Source: Perkinsus chesapeaki ATCC PRA-425 (Eukaryota; Protista; Perkinsozoa). Taken from it: a DNA stretch of 64,000 nucleotides. Location: contig JAAPAO010000049.1 in the NCBI GenBank assembly GCA_013115145.1, forward strand, positions 1 to 64,000. Direction: 5' to 3'. Below, in pieces: positions 60,399-64,000 of the stretch (within the stretch, counting starts at the first letter, position 1; the number at the start of each line of letters is the position of its first letter). The notes under the pieces were generated by a model, which had not been told where the DNA came from, made no database searches, and worked only from the letters and a program-made list of their open reading frames with translations. The translations under genes and the position numbers were made by a program.

Positions 60399-60733
60399 AG
60401 GACAAGCGACTCCGAGATTCCAAGAGGCCGAGTATCCTTTGTCGTTTCCTTATTAGTGAAACGGTCAGCACGGATTTCTGAATTAAGACAACTTAAATGA
60501 TTAGTAGTAAATTACACGTGATGATATAGCGCATGTTTATACCGACATTGCTAGCTCTCAGCTTGCTTCTCCCCGACGGCGGTTGCGTAGACACAAATCC
60601 ATCAACTTGAAGGCATCAAGCTCTAATATGTGACAACAAATACCAACAAACTAGGACGGTTTCTTTATTTACCGCTGAGAGTCGCCACGAATAAGAAATC
60701 GCCACAGCCAGCGATCTGACCGTCAAAACCAGA

Positions 60734-60806
60734 GCGGCTTTGGCGCAGTAGGTAGCGCGTAGGTCTCATAATCCTAAGGTCGCGAGTTCGATCCTCGCAG
60801 GCCGCA
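60734..60806 (+). tRNA. tRNA-Met (CAU), elongator type
   Basis: Cloverleaf GCGGCTT/AGGCCGC, GCGC/GCGC, TAGG/CCTA with a T31-T39 mismatch (typical of eukaryotic elongator Met), loop CTCATAA, GCGAG-TTCGATC-CTCGC; 73 nt. Confidence 0.97.
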
Positions 60807-60811
60807 TTTTT
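60807..60811 (+). terminator. RNA polymerase III terminator (T5)
   Basis: TTTTT directly after the tRNA discriminator base. Confidence 0.8.
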
Positions 60812-60860
60812 AAAGGCATCGTGGCCTCAAAAGTTCCCGATCAGTTTGCTATTCGTCCAG

Positions 60861-61120
60861 GGCCGGTATGCGGATCCTGATCCACACGTGATCCTGAGAA
60901 AAAGATCACAGAAAAAGATCAACGCACTGATTTTCTGCCGTGAACCTGATTTTTTGGCTCAGATCAATAAATTCGGGATCACGCAGCAGGATCATAGCTC
61001 AGTCGGATGATCTGTGGATCACAGCACCTGTGATCCTGCTAGTTTTGGATCAGGATCGTAGATCATGGATCAACGACACATAATATCTGGATCATTCAAG
61101 ATCCGATGACTGAGAGATCG
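60861..61120. repeat. Left GATC-rich subterminal array of the Harbinger
   Basis: About 18 GATC by manual count in ~260 bp, mostly as (G/A)GATCA or TGATCC. Confidence 0.9.
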
Positions 61121-61219
61121 TGCACCGCGAAACTGCTATTGCTCATTTTGGCGGAGCGATGCTGCTTCGCTCCGTCTTCTGCGCATATCCGATAACGAAT
61201 TGGCTTGAATAGTTTTTAA

Positions 61220-61841
61220 ATGTCAGAAGTTTCGAGCGAGATAAAAATATACTTCGCGTCTTTATTCTTCGACGATAACAACGAAGTTCAGAAGATACTG
61301 CGAGGAAACATTGGTGGCAATGACGTTGCGAGGCGACAGCGTGAGCAATGGGAAAAGCTCGCATGCGACATCAACTCTTTGTTTGGGGTAAATTACACCT
61401 CTAAAAATCTTAAGCAGATGAAGGAGGATATGACACGCGGTAGTAATGTAGGGTGAAAATAAGTGACTTGCTTTCGTCTCAGTTGTTGGTCGGGTAGCTA
61501 CAGCGCACAGACAAAGGTTATGCGCCGTGAAAACGGGTGGTGGTGAACCTTCGGAGGATCCTGAGCCATGCACCGAGCCGTGGTTGAAAGCGATTGAGCA
61601 CCATATCTTCAGCACTCCAAGATTCGTGGGGTTGGGGGACTTGGAAGCGGGGGTACAAATTCAAGACGGCATAGGTGCACCATTATCATACAAGCAGTTA
61701 ACGCGTCTCAGTAGGGGATGTTCTGCGAAGCGCCAGAGGGAGGACAGCGGAAATGGAGATGCGGGAAAGTACAGAGCAACTGTTCAAGCTATGGATAGGA
61801 TTGGGAAGGCTTTTAGAGGCTTGAACGCGGTTCAAAAGTGA
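61220..61841 (+). CDS. Myb/SANT-like (trihelix, MSANTD/NAIF1-type) protein of the Harbinger, one intron
   Basis: KILRGNIGGNDVARRQREQWEKLACDINSLFGVNYTSKNLKQMKED, spliced to ...AVKTGGGEP (the KTGGG motif typical of this family). Confidence 0.75.
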
Positions 61842-61980
61842 CGTCTCGGCAAGGTGACCCTGCGAGCATGGTGAGCATGTTTCTAGGTTCCTTTTGGCAA
61901 TTGTCACTCTTGTTGGGTTGTTGGTGGTTATTCCGTTCTCATTCAAGTTAGTGTTGTTATTGTTACAAAACTCTTACTGC

Positions 61981-62643
61981 ATGCCAGCGAAAAAGGCGGA
62001 ATTTCAGCCTCAAGAGAAGTTCGACCTCATCAATACTTTCACTAATTGGCTTGAGGATACAAAAGACATGGAGAAAAGATTCACAACGATGAAGGCATAT
62101 GTTGATCACGTCAGAGTAGTATGGCTTTATATCGGTATAATATGAATATAGAGAATATACATATAGGTGCTTCAATCACAGGATAAAATAACGTTGCGTG
62201 ATTGTTTCGACGATCAGCAAATCTCCAACTATGTGAAAAATTGGAAAAACCGCAATGGAAGGCCCGCTGAGGAGGTCCGAGCAAAAGCGGAGAGTGATTT
62301 GCTTGCAAAAACAAAGAGAATAAAGAAGGAAAACAAGTCCACAGGCGCCCTCAAAGCACCGGTCGCGGTTTCTTCTGCTTCCAGTGCAGTCGAGAGAGCT
62401 GCCGAGGCGATGGAGGAAGCCGATCGCTTGGCTACCGAAGTCAGCGACGAGATTATCACCGATTGCCCGCCACCACTTGCCAGACGAAAGCGCACGTACG
62501 CCGAAGCGATCGATATGGTGGCGTCTGCGGCTGAGGCTGTAGAAACATACTTCAGATTTATGTACAGAAAAGCCAAAGTGGAGAAGCTAGATCGGGCAAC
62601 GACAACTGACAACGATGGCGATGATGAAGGATGGACCAAATGA
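61981..62643 (+). CDS. Second Myb-like helical protein inside the Harbinger, one intron
   Basis: MPAKKAEFQPQEKFDLINTF...|VLQSQDK...FDDQQISNYVKNWKNR...ARRKRTYAEAI; phase-0 GT-AG intron near 62117-62166. Confidence 0.55.
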
Positions 62644-62897
62644 GGATGCTGTCCTCAGGACTAGCACGAGCGCTGCTGCAGCATTGCTCCATCGTTTCTG
62701 TGGTACGTACTGTGTTTCCGTATTTATAGCCTTTATCATGATAGATGTTATCCGAGCATGACATTACTAGACTAGTAGTACTAGTTCGGTTTCCCTAAGT
62801 GGTCAGTTGTTTCGTTTAGCTAAGTTAATAATGCCGTAACAATTACTGTGAGAAAATGAATTGAAAAATTTATGAAATCGTCTACAGCGGAGTTTTT

Positions 62898-63155
62898 ATG
62901 ATAAACAGGAATAATAATGAAAAACTACTGGGCAGCTACGTTTCCGACAAACTACTACTCCAAATGCCTCTCATCGACCCTACTGCCGGTGTGCCGGATG
63001 ACGAGCTCCGTCTGCGATATCGTTTCTGCAGGCAGTCTTTATTTAATTTGCTGGACATACTTCAACTTCGCGATAATGGTAAAAGGCACCACGTAATAAA
63101 GAAATTACTCGTAGCGGATTGTGGATTAGTACGTAAAGTGCCACTGATCCGCTGA
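62898..63155 (+). pseudogene. Truncated Harbinger transposase N-terminus (no DDE domain)
   Basis: PDDELRLRYRFCRQSLFNLLDIL resembles the HARBI1/PIF transposase N-terminal helix motif; the ORF runs straight into the right subterminal array. Confidence 0.65.
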
Positions 63156-63560
63156 CTGATCCTTGAGATGGATCAGGAGCTTGATCCAATGGTTGATCTG
63201 GATCAGAGGATGATCTGCCAAGGTAAAATGGATCACGGATCAACGAAATTTCTCAAAGCCCTTGAGAAATTCTCAGCCCCTTGATCTATGGATCATGGAT
63301 CAGATTTTTTCTCAAGGATCACGGATCAGGATCAAAAACGAGGATCACACAAGATCCAGATCACAGGTCAGAGATCAGTATCGAAGTTCACGGTTCGAGA
63401 TCAAGAGTCAAGGATCAGGATCAAAGATCACGGATCGAGATCAAGGATCATGGATCTAGCTCAAGCATTCCGGATCACGATTGATTTGGCTCAGACAAGA
63501 AGATCACTGGGTGATCTGGGTCATCGGCTTGATCCATGGATCAGGATCCGCATACCGGCC
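63140..63560. repeat. Right GATC-rich subterminal array of the Harbinger
   Basis: Roughly 30+ GATC by manual count in ~420 bp (GGATCA/AGATCA units). Confidence 0.92.
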
Positions 63561-64000
63561 CAGCTGGGGTATGCCCGACCCACAAGCATGGACGATTTGC
63601 CGAAAACTGAAGAGGGCAGCGGCCGAAATGTCGCCCTATTCAGAGCGCAAGACTGTAAGGATAGAAAGAAAGTGATTCTGCCCGGCAAGACGTCACCACG
63701 AAACTCAACTCGAATCATTCTTCAGAGTGTGACGAGTATTTTATGTATCCTTCTTCTAGCTGCCGACTTCAAACTTCAGACACTTTCAGAACGAAGCAAC
63801 ATAAGGCAACTGAGCAAATCTAATGGTATTGGTAGCAGCAGAGCTAGGATAGCTTAGTTAGAAGGATAGCAATCATCTGGAACATCTGCGGATACCGGCT
63901 GATGTCGCGTATCGGACTCATGCCAGCCGAAATCCACAAGATAAACGAATGGTTTAGCAGTGAGGTTCAGCAAGCAACAGTGTAGGTCGATATGATTGTA

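Larger units (their letters stand above)
60861..63560 (+). mobile_element. Non-autonomous (internally deleted) PIF/Harbinger DNA transposon, 2.7 kb
   Basis: 24-bp perfect TIRs GGCCGGTATGCGGATCCTGATCCA (60861-60884, 63537-63560); 3-bp CAG duplication (60858-60860, 63561-63563); Myb/SANT-like ORFs and a transposase N-terminal remnant. Confidence 0.9.

Noticed and set aside
63262-63857. ORFs 63262-63459, 63281-63484 and 63288-63857 as genes
   Set aside because: They are translations of the GATC subterminal array (repetitive DQ/GS/RI content) and one crosses the transposon boundary.
1-64000. Spliced-leader RNA gene or relict SL (CCGTAGCCATYTTGGCTCAAG) upstream of intronless genes
   Set aside because: No convincing match was found by eye on either strand; a degenerate copy could have been missed.

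Overview
Eukaryotic, gene-dense, intron-rich DNA with many short GT-AG introns (roughly 40-70 nt), a flagellar dynein and an expanded amino-acid permease family. The style suggests a Perkinsus-like alveolate protist; this is an inference, as no taxon marker was seen. Left to right: two low-complexity putative RNA-binding genes; a ~15 kb axonemal inner-arm dynein heavy chain (-); several unidentified multi-exon genes; a MAK/ICK kinase divergent from RPL21; an acidic Zn-ribbon/RVxF protein beside a 20-bp tandem array spanning an assembly gap; a predicted mitochondrial protein joining a phage-type Zn ribbon to a degenerate KsgA/mtTFB-like fold; SAP18; two TMEM62-like metallophosphoesterases; and four intronless AAAP amino-acid transporters interrupted by a Hedgehog-type Hog/Hint autoprocessing protein. 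The right end holds a near-complete 6.95 kb BEL/Pao-like LTR retrotransposon (249-bp LTRs, AGGA target duplication, -1 frameshift gag-pol signal). Its integrase ends in tandem Tudor-like domains, the last encoded inside the LTR as a stand-alone 59-codon ORF. Next come an elongator tRNA-Met gene and an internally deleted PIF/Harbinger transposon with GATC-packed ends and two Myb/SANT-like genes. All protein family calls come from motif recognition by eye, not database searches.
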